Assembly: GCA_027037055.1 (NCBI GenBank)
Contig: JALWBR010000018.1
Span: forward strand, 13,923-37,922
DNA length: 24,000 nt
From: Aquificales bacterium
GTDB taxonomy: Bacteria; Aquificota; Aquificia; Aquificales; Aquificaceae
Direction: 5' to 3'
A program made the position numbers and the translations under genes. Below, piece after piece: positions 8,184-17,094 of this stretch. The notes under the pieces are model-generated. The model was not told where the DNA came from, ran no database searches, and saw only the letters and a list, made by a program, of their open reading frames with translations. Each line of letters begins with the position of its first letter. Position 1 is the stretch's first letter.

Positions 8184-8548
8184 CGGACATTTACGGTGTT
8201 GACCCCGCCCGCATTGATAGGGTGGAGGATATAAAAGATCTATTGGAGACAGCGGTCAAAGTTGCGGATCTTACAAAAATTTCCTCCCATTATTATCAAT
8301 TCCAACCTCACGGGGCAACGGGAGTTGTCCTCTTGGCGGAATCCCACATATCTATTCACACATGGCCAGAACACGGCATAGCAACAGTTGATGTTTACAC
8401 ATGCGGTGATCCCTCAAAGGCTTACAGAGCAATGGATTACATAATAAGCACCCTTGAACCTACAAGGGTTGATAAACAGATACATGAAAGGGGGCTTATG
8501 TTTAAAGACATGAATACCCCAGTAAATGTTTTAATGGAATCAAAATGA
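8153..8548 (+). CDS. speD: S-adenosylmethionine decarboxylase proenzyme
   Basis: 'GVVLLAESHISIHTWPEHGIATVDVYTCGD' contains the ES/H self-cleavage site of prokaryotic AdoMetDC; GGAGGA Shine-Dalgarno at 8141-8146. Confidence 0.96.
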   Translation: MAKTLGLHILADIYGVDPARIDRVEDIKDLLETAVKVADLTKISSHYYQFQPHGATGVVLLAESHISIHTWPEHGIATVDVYTCGDPSKAYRAMDYIISTLEPTRVDKQIHERGLMFKDMNTPVNVLMESK

Positions 8549-8763
8549 AGGTACGAATACTTATAATGCCCAAAGAGGGTCTTCTTGATCCTCAAGGCAG
8601 GGCGGTGATGGAATTACTGACATCAAAAGGTTACAACATAGAAAGTGCAAAAGTAGGAAAGGTCATAGAGATGGAAGTTGATGATTCCGTTGATATAGAA
8701 GAGATAGCAAAAAAATATCTGGTCAATCCCCTCATAGAAAGCTATAAAGTGGAAAAGGAATGA
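8545..8763 (+). CDS. purS: Phosphoribosylformylglycinamidine synthase subunit PurS
   Basis: 'GLLDPQGRAVMELLTSKGYNIESAKVGKVIEMEV...KYLVNPLIESYKVE'; ATGA overlaps on both sides. Confidence 0.95.
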   Translation: MKVRILIMPKEGLLDPQGRAVMELLTSKGYNIESAKVGKVIEMEVDDSVDIEEIAKKYLVNPLIESYKVEKE

Positions 8764-9440
8764 AATTCGGTGTTTGTGTATTTCCTGGTTCAAACTGCGA
8801 TTATGATACATACTATGTCATAAGGGATGTTCTTGAGAGGGATGTAAGATTTATTTATCACAATGAAACAAATATAAAGGACATAGATATTCTCATCCTT
8901 CCTGGGGGCTTCTCCTTTGGAGATTATGTAAGACCGGGTCTTCTTGCTTCTAAGACCGCTTTGATGGATGCGGTTATAGATTTTGCCCATAAAGGGGGTA
9001 TAGTGCTCGGTATATGTAACGGTTTCCAAATTTTAACAGAAGCGGGATTGCTTCCCGGAGCATTGCTCCCTAATGTAAACGGCAGGTTCATTTGCAAGGA
9101 TGTATATCTACGAATAGAAACAAAGTCAAGGATACTAACAAATAAATTAAAAAGAGGAGATGTATTAAGATTGCCCATAGCCCATCACGACGGCAGATAC
9201 TATGTTGATGATAAAACCCTAAAAGATATGGAAGAAAACGATCAGATAATATTCAGATATGCGGACAAGGAAGGAAACACGGATAACGGATCAAATCCCA
9301 ACGGTTCCGTCTCAAACATAGCGGGTATATGTAACAAAGAGGGAAATGTGTTTGGAATGATGCCCCATCCAGAAAGGGCATCCGAGGATGTTCTCGGAAA
9401 TCATGACGGACTCATGCTGTGGTATTCTCTTATTAGTTAA
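8760..9440 (+). CDS. purQ: Phosphoribosylformylglycinamidine synthase subunit PurQ
   Basis: 'KFGVCVFPGSNCDYD', 'ILPGGFSFGDYVRPG', 'GIVLGICNGFQILTEAGLLPGAL', 'MMPHPERASE'. Confidence 0.97.
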   Translation: MKFGVCVFPGSNCDYDTYYVIRDVLERDVRFIYHNETNIKDIDILILPGGFSFGDYVRPGLLASKTALMDAVIDFAHKGGIVLGICNGFQILTEAGLLPGALLPNVNGRFICKDVYLRIETKSRILTNKLKRGDVLRLPIAHHDGRYYVDDKTLKDMEENDQIIFRYADKEGNTDNGSNPNGSVSNIAGICNKEGNVFGMMPHPERASEDVLGNHDGLMLWYSLIS

Positions 9441-10531
9441 TGGTTGAAGAATTCAAAGAAGCGGTTCAAAGAAGGAAGGCGAGGGTTGAAAGTTTTTTAA
9501 AGTGGGAATACCTCAGATTTTCCGATGATTTCAAAGATATTCCGAGGGGTACGGTCCTCTTCGGGAATGCAATTATATGGGGATATCCCCACATAGGTAG
9601 AATATTCAGGCTTGATAAGGGACTTAAAGAGCAATTTGAACATCCATTCTTTATTGAAGAAAAGGTGGACGGCTACAATGTAAGAATATTTGAACACGAC
9701 GGTGATATTGTAGCCCTTACGAGGGGAGGATATATATGCCCCTTTACCATAGACAGGATCCCTGAATTTTTAGACCTTCGTATTTTTGAAGAAAATCCGG
9801 ATATTATTATCTGCGGGGAAGTGGCGGGACCGGGTAATCCCTATATAGAAGAGAGTCCTCCCTTCATTAAGGAAGATGTACAGTTCTTCGTTTTTGACAT
9901 TATGAGTAAAAACAAAAGGGAGTTTTTGCCCTACACAAAGAAATTGGAGCTGATTAATAGGTATAACCTTCCCGCCGTTAAAACATACGGCAGATTTACA
10001 TCAGAGGATATACAAAAAATAAAAGAAATTCTCTTTAAGATGAATGAAGAAGGCAGAGAAGGTGTTGTTTTTAAAGAAGACTCGGAAAGGAACAAAAGGG
10101 TGAAATATGTAACAAGCAATGCAAACCTAAGCGATATAAGGGTAACGGCAAAAAACATGCTACAGCTACCCCCCGAATACTTTACGAACAGACTGCTCAG
10201 GCTCGTTCTTTTTATGGAAGAAGAGGGTATTGAAAAGACGGAAAAGTTATATAAAGATCTGGGTAAAGCCTTCATAGACGGACTATTTGACGCAATAGAA
10301 CAGTACAAAAAGGAACACAGAGTAAGCAGGAAGTTTTTATGTAAATTCAATAAAAAGGAAAATGCCCTCGCACTCATTGAACAGCTCAGCAGTGCTTCCA
10401 GACACATTCAGGTAATTCAAAATCGCTTGGAAAAAGAAGGAGATTATTACATACTTGAGTTTGAAAAGGTGTATCTGAACATGACGGGTTTCTTAGGACA
10501 TATACTAAGTGGCGGTCTTGTGTTTGATTAG
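9440..10531 (+). CDS. ATP-dependent RNA ligase, archaeal Pab1020/Rnl3-like family
   Basis: Nucleotidyltransferase motif I '[12 protein letters not shown]' (KxDG), '[13 protein letters not shown]', motif IV 'GREGVVFKE', motif V region 'RVKYV'; starts in a TAATG overlap with purQ. Confidence 0.9.
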   Translation: MVEEFKEAVQRRKARVESFLKWEYLRFSDDFKDIPRGTVLFGNAIIWGYPHIGRIFRLDKGLKEQFEHPFFIEEKVDGYNVRIFEHDGDIVALTRGGYICPFTIDRIPEFLDLRIFEENPDIIICGEVAGPGNPYIEESPPFIKEDVQFFVFDIMSKNKREFLPYTKKLELINRYNLPAVKTYGRFTSEDIQKIKEILFKMNEEGREGVVFKEDSERNKRVKYVTSNANLSDIRVTAKNMLQLPPEYFTNRLLRLVLFMEEEGIEKTEKLYKDLGKAFIDGLFDAIEQYKKEHRVSRKFLCKFNKKENALALIEQLSSASRHIQVIQNRLEKEGDYYILEFEKVYLNMTGFLGHILSGGLVFD

Positions 10532-11095
10532 GCTCTCAAGGACAACCCTTAAATTCTTAGGATTCATTATTTTGATACCCACCTTGTCCGCCCATTTTCT
10601 CAAACCCTCATCCCCCGAAATAAGAACACCGTCAAGCTCATAAGCGAGCAAAAGAACATCCACATCCTCTTTACTGTCAATAATACCCTGCCTTAAGGCT
10701 TCCCTGTACTTTTCCCTCAATCTTGCAATAAGTTTTCCCACATTCTCCTCATCAAGTTTTCCCGCCTCCTTCGTATGCTCCTCCGCTATTCTTAAACCCT
10801 TGTTTATCCTGTATCTTATTTCATCTATAAACTCATAAAGGATCTCACTCGGTATCATGAGCTGATACCTTCTCGGAGACCTTATTCTGACCACCATCTC
10901 AAACTCGGGTACGAGAACCTCCGAACCGAGAATGTGCTGAAGCTCTTCATAAACAGAAGAAGGCATAAAGAATTCCGCTCCCGAATGCATAGCAAGGTGT
11001 ATAAAGGTTTCCACAGCACCGTCGGGAGAGGATTCAAACTGACCGTATATATCTGGATTTGTAAAAACGCTTGTATCAAGGACGAACCTATCCAT
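10505..11095 (-). CDS. PIN-like metallonuclease: RNA ligase partner protein (MJ_0950/Aq_880 type), probable HARP minimal protein-only RNase P
   Basis: 196 aa; '[21 protein letters not shown]', '[37 protein letters not shown]'; spaced acidic residues D7, D144, D146, D162; adjacent to the RNA ligase. Confidence 0.88.
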   Translation of the reverse strand: MDRFVLDTSVFTNPDIYGQFESSPDGAVETFIHLAMHSGAEFFMPSSVYEELQHILGSEVLVPEFEMVVRIRSPRRYQLMIPSEILYEFIDEIRYRINKGLRIAEEHTKEAGKLDEENVGKLIARLREKYREALRQGIIDSKEDVDVLLLAYELDGVLISGDEGLRKWADKVGIKIMNPKNLRVVLESLIKHKTAT

Positions 11096-11102
11096 GAATT
11101 TT

Positions 11103-11110
11103 ATTATAAT
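11103..11110. promoter_or_regulatory. Shared palindromic bidirectional -10 element ATTATAAT
   Basis: Reads TATAAT on plus (11105-11110, 8 nt before ATG 11119) and TATAAT on minus (11108-11103, 7 nt before ATG 11095). The minus promoter has TTACCA at 11131-11126 with a 17-nt spacer. Confidence 0.55.
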
Positions 11111-11118
11111 CTTTACCC

Positions 11119-12510
11119 ATGCGTGTGGTAATAGTGGGGAACGGTCCTGCCTCAGCTTCCGCTATAGAATCTTTCAGAGAAATAGATAAGGATTCGGAAA
11201 TAGTAGTCTTATCCGATGAAGAATTCCCTACCTATGCACCAAACTGTATGGAAAATGTGATAAGGAACGATATACAGGATAATGCACTTTTTTACAAAGG
11301 AGGGTTTGAGTTTTACGAAAGATACAAGGTTGATTTCAGACCAAAAAAGGAAGTAAAGGCGGTTGATACAAAAAGAAAGGTTGTTATAACTTCCGACGGG
11401 GATGAGATAGAGTATGATAAGTGCCTCTTAGCCGCAGGTGCTGACTCTTTTATACCTCCTATACAAGGTATTGAACTCGGCGGTGTAACAACCGCAAAGA
11501 ATCTGTACGATGCTTTAAAGATAAGAGAATGGATAAAAAGTGGAAAGATAAAAGATATAGTCATAGTAGGAGCGGGACCCATAGGTATTGAAGATGCGGA
11601 GACCCTCAAACATCTCGGATTTAATGTAACGGTAGTTGAAATATTTAACAGAGTCTTACCGAGAATGCTTGATAAGGACATGGCGGATATATACATGAAG
11701 TATCTGGAAGATCTGGGAATAAGATTCCTCCTTGAGCATCAGGTTACATCCATAGAAGGAAACAACTGGGTTGAGGGAGTAAGGGTAAAACCCATTCAAA
11801 GAGACAGGGAGATTTTCATAAAAGCGGACATGGTCATACTTTCTGTCGGCGTAAGACCCCGTACAAGGCTCGTTGAAAATACTGATATAAAAATACACAC
11901 GGATGAAAAGACGGGTAAACCGATGGGGGGAATATTAACCGATGAGTATCAAAGGACATCAAACCCCGATGTATATGCAGCGGGGGATATATGCTCATCA
12001 GTAGATGTCTTCGGTAATCACAGGTGGATAGCTTTATTCCCTGCAGCCCAGCAGGAAGGATATATTGCGGGGTACAATATGGCAGGATTGAGGGTAAAAA
12101 ATGAAGGAAGCGTTGATTACAATGCGGTAAAAACGAGAGAGGTTACAGCCGGTAGCGGAGGCATTTTCGGAGAGGATAAAGAAATTCTAAAGGTTGAATA
12201 TGATAATTATTTGATAAAAATATTCCTCAGCGAGGGTAGGATAACAGGTTATCAGTTTGTGGGTATACCCGCAAGTGAAGATATTAACAAGACAAATACC
12301 CTTCTCTATTCTCTTGTAAGGGAAGATTGGAAAAATACAGTAATATCAAGAAAGGGTATGGGACTGGAATCCTCGGGAGTGCTTATGCACAACTTCATAA
12401 GGAATAATAGAGTAGTAAACGAAACACATATAGATATAATAATGAAGGGAATACTAAGAGCCTTGGGAAGTACCGCCTTGGATACCCCCCTCTTCCGCAG
12501 AACTCTCTGA
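11119..12510 (+). CDS. FAD/NAD(P)-dependent pyridine nucleotide-disulfide-family oxidoreductase (NADH oxidase / CoA-disulfide reductase / NirB-N-like)
   Basis: '[21 protein letters not shown]', '[12 protein letters not shown]', '[28 protein letters not shown]', '[15 protein letters not shown]'. Confidence 0.9.
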   Translation: MRVVIVGNGPASASAIESFREIDKDSEIVVLSDEEFPTYAPNCMENVIRNDIQDNALFYKGGFEFYERYKVDFRPKKEVKAVDTKRKVVITSDGDEIEYDKCLLAAGADSFIPPIQGIELGGVTTAKNLYDALKIREWIKSGKIKDIVIVGAGPIGIEDAETLKHLGFNVTVVEIFNRVLPRMLDKDMADIYMKYLEDLGIRFLLEHQVTSIEGNNWVEGVRVKPIQRDREIFIKADMVILSVGVRPRTRLVENTDIKIHTDEKTGKPMGGILTDEYQRTSNPDVYAAGDICSSVDVFGNHRWIALFPAAQQEGYIAGYNMAGLRVKNEGSVDYNAVKTREVTAGSGGIFGEDKEILKVEYDNYLIKIFLSEGRITGYQFVGIPASEDINKTNTLLYSLVREDWKNTVISRKGMGLESSGVLMHNFIRNNRVVNETHIDIIMKGILRALGSTALDTPLFRRTL

Positions 12511-13989
12511 TTCCATACCCGGTTTATATATAACTATTCTGTTCTTCCCCAACTTTTTAGCCCTGTAAAGGGCTATATCCGCCTCTTTTATAAGCGTATC
12601 AATATTATCAACATCCTCCCTGTAGGTTGATATACCGCCGCTCACCGTCGTAGATATATATTTGCCATTTACGGGAAACTTCTTTTGTTCAAAGATCTTC
12701 CTTATCCTCTCCGCAACTTGAAATCCACTTTCAGCATCACTATTCTGGAGAACAACAACAAATTCCTCACCGCCGAATCGTGAAACAATATCAGAGCTCC
12801 TTACATTGCTTTTAAGAATTTCCGCAAACTCCTTAAGGACCCTGTCACCCACATCATGACCGTAGTTATCATTTATGTGCTTGAAGTTATCTATATCAAA
12901 AACGACCAATGTAAAAATGTTACCGTACCTTTTAGCATTCTCTATAATCAGCTTTATATGTTCAAAGAAGAACCTCCTGTTATACAGACCAGTAAGGTGA
13001 TCAATATAGGCTATCTCCTGAAGTTTATCCCTTTCCGTTTTTATTTCCTCAATAAGATCTTTCAATCTCTCACCCATAAGCAAAATACTGTGTTTTAACA
13101 TATATATCTCATCCCTATTCTTTTCCCGCGCTATTTCCCTTTCAAGGGCTTCTATCTTTGAAAAATCCCCCCTTTGAAAGGATTCCGCGGTGTCCTTTAT
13201 AAGTTCTATCCCAGAAACAACCCTCCTTATAGTTAGATAAACGATAAAGCTTATAAGGAAGGTAAGAACAAAGTTGTAAAGGGTAAGCTTTATAAATTCC
13301 ACAATGTAACTTCTGTAAAGGGTCGCCATATCCTTGACTATTATTATTCTGCCCGCAGGTATCTCCCCCCTTATTAATATGGGAATATCCATTATGAACT
13401 TTTTATCGGGGAATTCTCCCACAATTCTGTAACCATCAATATCCATGTAATCCGTAAGGCTAAGGATTTCCGTGCTTGATGCATCTTCAACAAGAACCTT
13501 TTTAAAAACATATCTATCCTTTATGTAAATATCCTGAATACCATATTCCTTTAAAATGCCTTCAATAAATTTTTTATCATAAATTATCATCCAGTCAATA
13601 TCTTCAACAAGCTTGATCAGATCAAGAATATCCGCAAGGTGAGAATAAACGAGATAACATCCCTCTTTTTTAGTCACATAAAATCCCACAACCGTACCTT
13701 CATTTGTAAGATCGTAAACCTTAAATTTGTTCTTACACCTATCTTCACTGACCTTCAATAAAGATCCGGGTCCTGCGGTCTCTTTAAGACGGGATATTTC
13801 AAAATCCTCAAAGGTTTTATATAGGGAGTGTATTCTTTTGAAGTTGGTACTTATCTCTCCTTCCAGATTGTTTCTTAGTTGGATAAAGTTAAATATACCT
13901 ATGGTTACAACTATTAGAATTGAAACAATCAAAATACTTAAAAATATCCTCTTTTTCAGGGTCATCATATAATTATATAATTCGGTCAT
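12454..13989 (-). CDS. Membrane-anchored sensor diguanylate cyclase (GGDEF); true start may be 13968 or 13965
   Basis: Two TM segments flank a ~190-aa extracytoplasmic domain; 'DHLTGLYNRRFF', 'FKHINDNYGHDVGDRVL', 'RSSDIVSRFGGEEFVVVL' (GGEEF active site plus RxxD I-site five residues upstream). Confidence 0.93.
   Translation of the reverse strand: MTELYNYMMTLKKRIFLSILIVSILIVVTIGIFNFIQLRNNLEGEISTNFKRIHSLYKTFEDFEISRLKETAGPGSLLKVSEDRCKNKFKVYDLTNEGTVVGFYVTKKEGCYLVYSHLADILDLIKLVEDIDWMIIYDKKFIEGILKEYGIQDIYIKDRYVFKKVLVEDASSTEILSLTDYMDIDGYRIVGEFPDKKFIMDIPILIRGEIPAGRIIIVKDMATLYRSYIVEFIKLTLYNFVLTFLISFIVYLTIRRVVSGIELIKDTAESFQRGDFSKIEALEREIAREKNRDEIYMLKHSILLMGERLKDLIEEIKTERDKLQEIAYIDHLTGLYNRRFFFEHIKLIIENAKRYGNIFTLVVFDIDNFKHINDNYGHDVGDRVLKEFAEILKSNVRSSDIVSRFGGEEFVVVLQNSDAESGFQVAERIRKIFEQKKFPVNGKYISTTVSGGISTYREDVDNIDTLIKEADIALYRAKKLGKNRIVIYKPGMESESSAEEGGIQGGTSQGS
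13953..13981 (+). promoter_or_regulatory. Putative promoter of nadD: TTTTCA-N17-TATAAT
   Basis: TTTTCA at 13953-13958, 17-nt spacer, TATAAT at 13976-13981, 6 nt before ATG at 13988. Confidence 0.5.
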
Positions 13990-14581
13990 GATACTATTCT
14001 TTGGCGGTAGCTTTGATCCGATTCACAACGGACATCTTATTCTCGCGGAGGATGTCAGGGAAAAGCTGGGATTTAAAAAGGTAATTCTTATTCCCGCAAA
14101 CATATCGCCCCTCAAAGGAAGATATGTAGCACCACCCGAGCACAGGATACGCATGATAGATATATCAATAAGGAACCTTGAAAACTTTGATGTTGACCTT
14201 TGGGAGATAAAGGCAGGCGGAGTTTCTTACACAATAAATACAATAAAGTACATTAAGGAAAAGTACGGTAATAAACCCTACATGCTTGTCGGAGCGGACA
14301 GTATGCTAAGCTTTGACAAATGGAAGGATCCGGAAAAAATCCTTAAAGAAAGCTGTATAGTTATTATGGAAAGGGAAGGAAAACTTCCCTTGGTGGAAAG
14401 ATTTATGACAGAGAAATTTCCGTCCTTTAAAGAAGGCAAGGATTATTTAATAGTAAAAACCAGGCGTATAGATATATCTTCCACTGAAATAAGGGAAAGG
14501 GTAAAAAGGGGACTTCCTATAAGAGGGATGGTACCCGTGGAGGTAGAGACTTATATAAAAGAAAAGGGTCTTTATAAATAA
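13988..14581 (+). CDS. nadD: Nicotinate-nucleotide adenylyltransferase
   Basis: 'ILFFGGSFDPIHNGHLILAEDVREKLGF', 'MLVGADSMLSFDKWKDPEKIL', 'RRIDISSTEIRERVKRG'. Confidence 0.95.
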   Translation: MILFFGGSFDPIHNGHLILAEDVREKLGFKKVILIPANISPLKGRYVAPPEHRIRMIDISIRNLENFDVDLWEIKAGGVSYTINTIKYIKEKYGNKPYMLVGADSMLSFDKWKDPEKILKESCIVIMEREGKLPLVERFMTEKFPSFKEGKDYLIVKTRRIDISSTEIRERVKRGLPIRGMVPVEVETYIKEKGLYK

Positions 14582-14896
14582 CTACTGTGTCTCACTTATT
14601 TCCGTTATCCTTATACCTATCTTATCTCCCACTATAACCATCTCCCCTTTGGCAATAGGCACACCGTTAACCTTAACATCTATGGTGTCACTTATGTTCC
14701 TTTCAAGCTCTATAACGGAACCAGCCTGCAGATTTATAAGATCCCGTACAAGAATGGTAGCCTCTCCCAAAGAACCTTCTATCTTCATTGGGATATCATG
14801 AAGTTTCTCGCATTTCTCCAATTCACATAAATTGTGCTCTTCCCTTTTTTCTTCTCTCCCTTGACCGTTTTCCATTATCTTGTCTCCTTCAACCAT
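14582..14896 (-). CDS. fliN: Flagellar motor switch protein FliN
   Basis: SpoA domain 'IEGSLGEATILVRDLINLQAGSVIELERNISDTIDVKVNGVPIAKGEMVIVGDKIGIRITEI'. Confidence 0.93.
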   Translation of the reverse strand: MVEGDKIMENGQGREEKREEHNLCELEKCEKLHDIPMKIEGSLGEATILVRDLINLQAGSVIELERNISDTIDVKVNGVPIAKGEMVIVGDKIGIRITEISETQ

Positions 14897-16398
14897 GATT
14901 TGATAATCTTGGCAACCTTGTTAGGCTCTTCCTTCGCTATATTGGTTATAGTATCTATTACTATAACCTCCTTTGCCTTTTCCCTTATAGCCTCAAGGCC
15001 CGCAACACTTTCAAGCTCTCCAGCAGTGGGTACCTTGGCAGGAGTAGGCGGAGCTTCAACAGTAACCCTCTCCCTTCTTCCCAATCTTCTCATCAAAATA
15101 ACAAAAGCTATAAAAGCAAGCAAAGCCATAAAGGCATAAACGCCCCATCTTATATATTCGGAGTAATCAACATATTCAACAAACTCGGGTTTTTGAAAGG
15201 GAACGGAAACTATGGATATCTTGTCTCCCCTTTCCATGTTAAGCCCTGCAGCGGCTACAATCATATCCTCAAGCTTTTTCAAATCCACATCCTTCTCAGC
15301 ATTCTTGTCTATAAGAACACCCACACTTATCCTCTTTATCTTCGGTGCATAGTCCGCCGTATAGATCTCCTTTTTACTCACCTCAAAGTTTGTTGTAACT
15401 TCACTTTTCTCCGTATTTATAGTCCCACCGCCCCCTACACCTGCCCCCGGCGGTATATTTGCGGTTGCACCCGGGATACCACCTATACCCGTACCCATTG
15501 TTCTCTCTTTCCTTTTCTGTTGACTGACAACAGCAGTCATGTCTGGATCATATATCTCTTCCTTCTTCTCCATTTTTGTAAAGTCCATCTCCGCGGATAC
15601 GACAACCTTAACCTTGTCATAGCCTATGGTTTCGGAAAGGGCTTTCAAAATCTTCTTTTCCAATTTCCTTTCAAACTCAGAAACTATCTTCAACTGCTTC
15701 TCACTAACGCCTTTAAATTCGTCTCCCTCATCAAGGAGGGCTGTAAGGTCCCTGCCCCTGTCGTCAATTATAACCACATTGGAAGGTTTAAGTCTTTCAA
15801 CACTTGATGCTACAAGATTTCTGATGGCTATAATCTGTTCACGGGTAATATCCGTACCAGGCTTAAGCTTTATAAAGACGGAAGCGGAAGGTTCTTCTTC
15901 CTCCCTTAGGAATATTGATTTTTCTGGTATGGCTATATGCACCCTTGCATCGGTAATGTTCTTTATTCTTAGAATAGTTCTGACAAGTTCTCCCTCTATA
16001 GCCCTTTTGTAATTTACCTGTTGTTGAAAATTTGAAATACCTATCCCCGTTTTATCAAAAATCTCATAACCTATTATGCCCTTACTGGGAATACCCTTTG
16101 CACTGAGCTTAAGCCTTATATCTCTTACCTGACCTTCCGGAACGAGAACGGTCCTCCCATCCTTCCCTATCTTATACTTAACTCCTTCCTTATCCAGTTC
16201 CGTTAAGATAGCTACCATATCCTCTTGACTGAGACCAGAGTAAAGGATTGAGTAGCTGGGCTGGGCTAAATAAACGGAAGCAACCCCAAGAATTATAATA
16301 AGACCGAGGGCGGAAGCTATTATCAAAAACTTTTGTGTCGTAGGAAGCTGTTTAAACCTTTCTACTAAGCCCCTTATACTTTCCCTTACATCAGCCAT
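14875..16398 (-). CDS. fliF: Flagellar MS-ring protein FliF
   Basis: 'YSILYSGLSQEDMVAILTELDKEGVKYKI', 'LVRTILRIKNITDARVHIAIPEKSIF', 'VEYIRWG' / C-terminal TM and tail. Confidence 0.96.
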   Translation of the reverse strand: MADVRESIRGLVERFKQLPTTQKFLIIASALGLIIILGVASVYLAQPSYSILYSGLSQEDMVAILTELDKEGVKYKIGKDGRTVLVPEGQVRDIRLKLSAKGIPSKGIIGYEIFDKTGIGISNFQQQVNYKRAIEGELVRTILRIKNITDARVHIAIPEKSIFLREEEEPSASVFIKLKPGTDITREQIIAIRNLVASSVERLKPSNVVIIDDRGRDLTALLDEGDEFKGVSEKQLKIVSEFERKLEKKILKALSETIGYDKVKVVVSAEMDFTKMEKKEEIYDPDMTAVVSQQKRKERTMGTGIGGIPGATANIPPGAGVGGGGTINTEKSEVTTNFEVSKKEIYTADYAPKIKRISVGVLIDKNAEKDVDLKKLEDMIVAAAGLNMERGDKISIVSVPFQKPEFVEYVDYSEYIRWGVYAFMALLAFIAFVILMRRLGRRERVTVEAPPTPAKVPTAGELESVAGLEAIREKAKEVIVIDTITNIAKEEPNKVAKIIKSWLKETR

Positions 16399-16399
16399 A

Positions 16400-16690
16400 T
16401 TAAACCTGCATCCTCTGAAGTTCCTGGAATGCCTCTAAAAGCTTATTTCTTATTTGAATCAAAAGATTTAGTGCCAATGAAGCCTTCTCAAATTCTATTA
16501 TGGCAGAATGAAGGGGAATATTCTCCCCCCTTAAGATAGCTGATTTTATCTCTTTTGACTTTAACTGTTGCCTATTTACCCACTCTATAAAGGAAGATAA
16601 TTGCTTAGCAAAGTCATCCCCCTTTCCTTGTTTAATATCATTTCCCTTTATGTGCTTTAATGGTAAAGAAGGAAAATCTCTTATCTCCAT
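16400..16690 (-). CDS. fliE: Flagellar hook-basal body complex protein FliE
   Basis: C-terminal 'HSAIIEFEKASLALNLLIQIRNKLLEAFQELQRMQV' matches FliE; position between flgC and fliF. Confidence 0.9.
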   Translation of the reverse strand: MEIRDFPSLPLKHIKGNDIKQGKGDDFAKQLSSFIEWVNRQQLKSKEIKSAILRGENIPLHSAIIEFEKASLALNLLIQIRNKLLEAFQELQRMQV

Positions 16691-17094
16691 AGTTCTAATG
16701 TCCTCTCCGCCATTTCCCTTGTCATATTAAAAGCTGTCATATTTGCCTCATAACTCCTTATTGCGGATATCATGTTTGCCATCTCCTTTGCAAGATCAAT
16801 GTTAGGTTTCATAACATAACCTTCCTCATTGGCCATGGGGTGGTCGGGATCATAAACCATTCTGAAAGGTTCATCTGATTCTATTATACCTTCAACCCTT
16901 ACCGGTATCTCTCCCCTTTCCTTAGATTTTGGATCCTCAACAGCCCTGAATACAACCTCCAACCTTCGGAAAGGTACACCTTCCTCCGTATAAGAGTCAT
17001 AATTTGCCAGATTTGAGGCTATGGTGTTCATCCTTATCCTCTGGGCGTACATACCAGATGCACTTATATTGAATGCGTTAAATACATCATTCAT
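16681..17094 (-). CDS. flgC: Flagellar basal-body rod protein FlgC
   Basis: 'FNISASGMYAQRIRMNTIASNLANYDS', 'DPDHPMANEEGYVMKPNIDLAKEMANMISAIRSYEANMTAF'. Confidence 0.96.
   Translation of the reverse strand: MNDVFNAFNISASGMYAQRIRMNTIASNLANYDSYTEEGVPFRRLEVVFRAVEDPKSKERGEIPVRVEGIIESDEPFRMVYDPDHPMANEEGYVMKPNIDLAKEMANMISAIRSYEANMTAFNMTREMAERTLELWR

Noticed and set aside
9931-10407. 158-aa minus-strand ORF antisense to the RNA ligase
   Set aside because: The ligase has catalytic motifs and full-length coherence; the antisense ORF has no motifs and is Leu/Ser-rich as expected for a shadow frame.
10505-11095. PIN protein as a VapC-type toxin
   Set aside because: Length, the N-terminal [10 protein letters not shown], the C-terminal [10 protein letters not shown] pattern and adjacency to the RNA ligase fit the HARP/ligase-partner family; no antitoxin gene is adjacent.
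15193-15807. 204-aa plus-strand ORF inside fliF (antisense)
   Set aside because: Lies fully antisense to conserved fliF coding sequence and has no recognisable domain; typical shadow ORF.
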